Assembly (NCBI GenBank): GCA_964106915.2
Contig: OZ066919.1
From: Podarcis gaigeae
Taxonomy: Eukaryota
Length of the DNA stretch: 64,000 nt
Strand: one strand, 5' to 3'
This document shows, piece after piece, positions 63,619-64,000 of the stretch. How positions within the stretch are numbered: the first letter of the stretch is position 1; every line of letters begins with the position of its first letter. The notes beneath the pieces are model-generated. The model did no database searches, was not told the origin of the DNA, and saw only the letters and a list, made by a program, of their open reading frames with translations. The translations under genes were made by a program, and so were the position numbers.

Positions 63619-64000
63619 TACACACACACACCGTATATATTTTATCCCACCCTTTATCGAGGACCTCAGGGAACACAGTCAAAACAACCATAGTTAAAAC
63701 AGTATCTTTCTCAGTAAAACACTACACTCCATTCAGTCATCCATGGTCCATAGTATGGACCAGCTTTCCCCAAAATACTCGGTGCACCTCAGAAAGCTTG
63801 ATCATTTTCTTCTTGAAACTTGGTCCCCATTTTTCACTTATATCAACAGTGCCATGTCATGGCTGCCATAACTGTGAACCCTGCATGTGGGGAGCTAGCA
63901 GACATTCCTGTAGTTATAGCTGTGCTTCTACCTGTTGCTGTGGCCATGCAAATGGCTAGCATCTCCCTGTGTCACCACCAGCTTCATTTCACACCCAACT

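Overview
Eukaryotic, repeat-rich non-coding DNA from a squamate reptile. The Sauria SINEs, BovB, L2 tails and Penelope pLTR fragments look lacertid-lizard-like (inference). There are four N-gaps. I recognise no host protein-coding gene, rRNA, true tRNA or CRISPR array, so the window reads as a large intron or intergenic region. Every recognisable peptide is transposon-derived (BovB, RTE, L2, mariner). Highlights: (1) a Tc2/pogo-type MITE whose interior has expanded into a GC-rich satellite of 117-118-bp double-hairpin units with a 235-bp higher-order period; (2) Penelope-like pLTR insertions carrying a minimal type I hammerhead ribozyme, one with an intact core and a 12-bp TSD and one as a 120-bp palindrome; (3) a back-to-back RTE(-)/L2(+) chimera inserted at one site within an older SINE; (4) five copies of a composite TIR element with apparent 6-bp TSDs, whose long form carries a captured L2 tail; (5) an 878-bp GGG..CCC TIR element with a 4-bp TSD and interleaved (pseudoknot-topology) internal inverted repeats; (6) a locally duplicated 88-bp non-TE element and other enhancer-like stretches. 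Family names come from recalled consensus features, not database searches.
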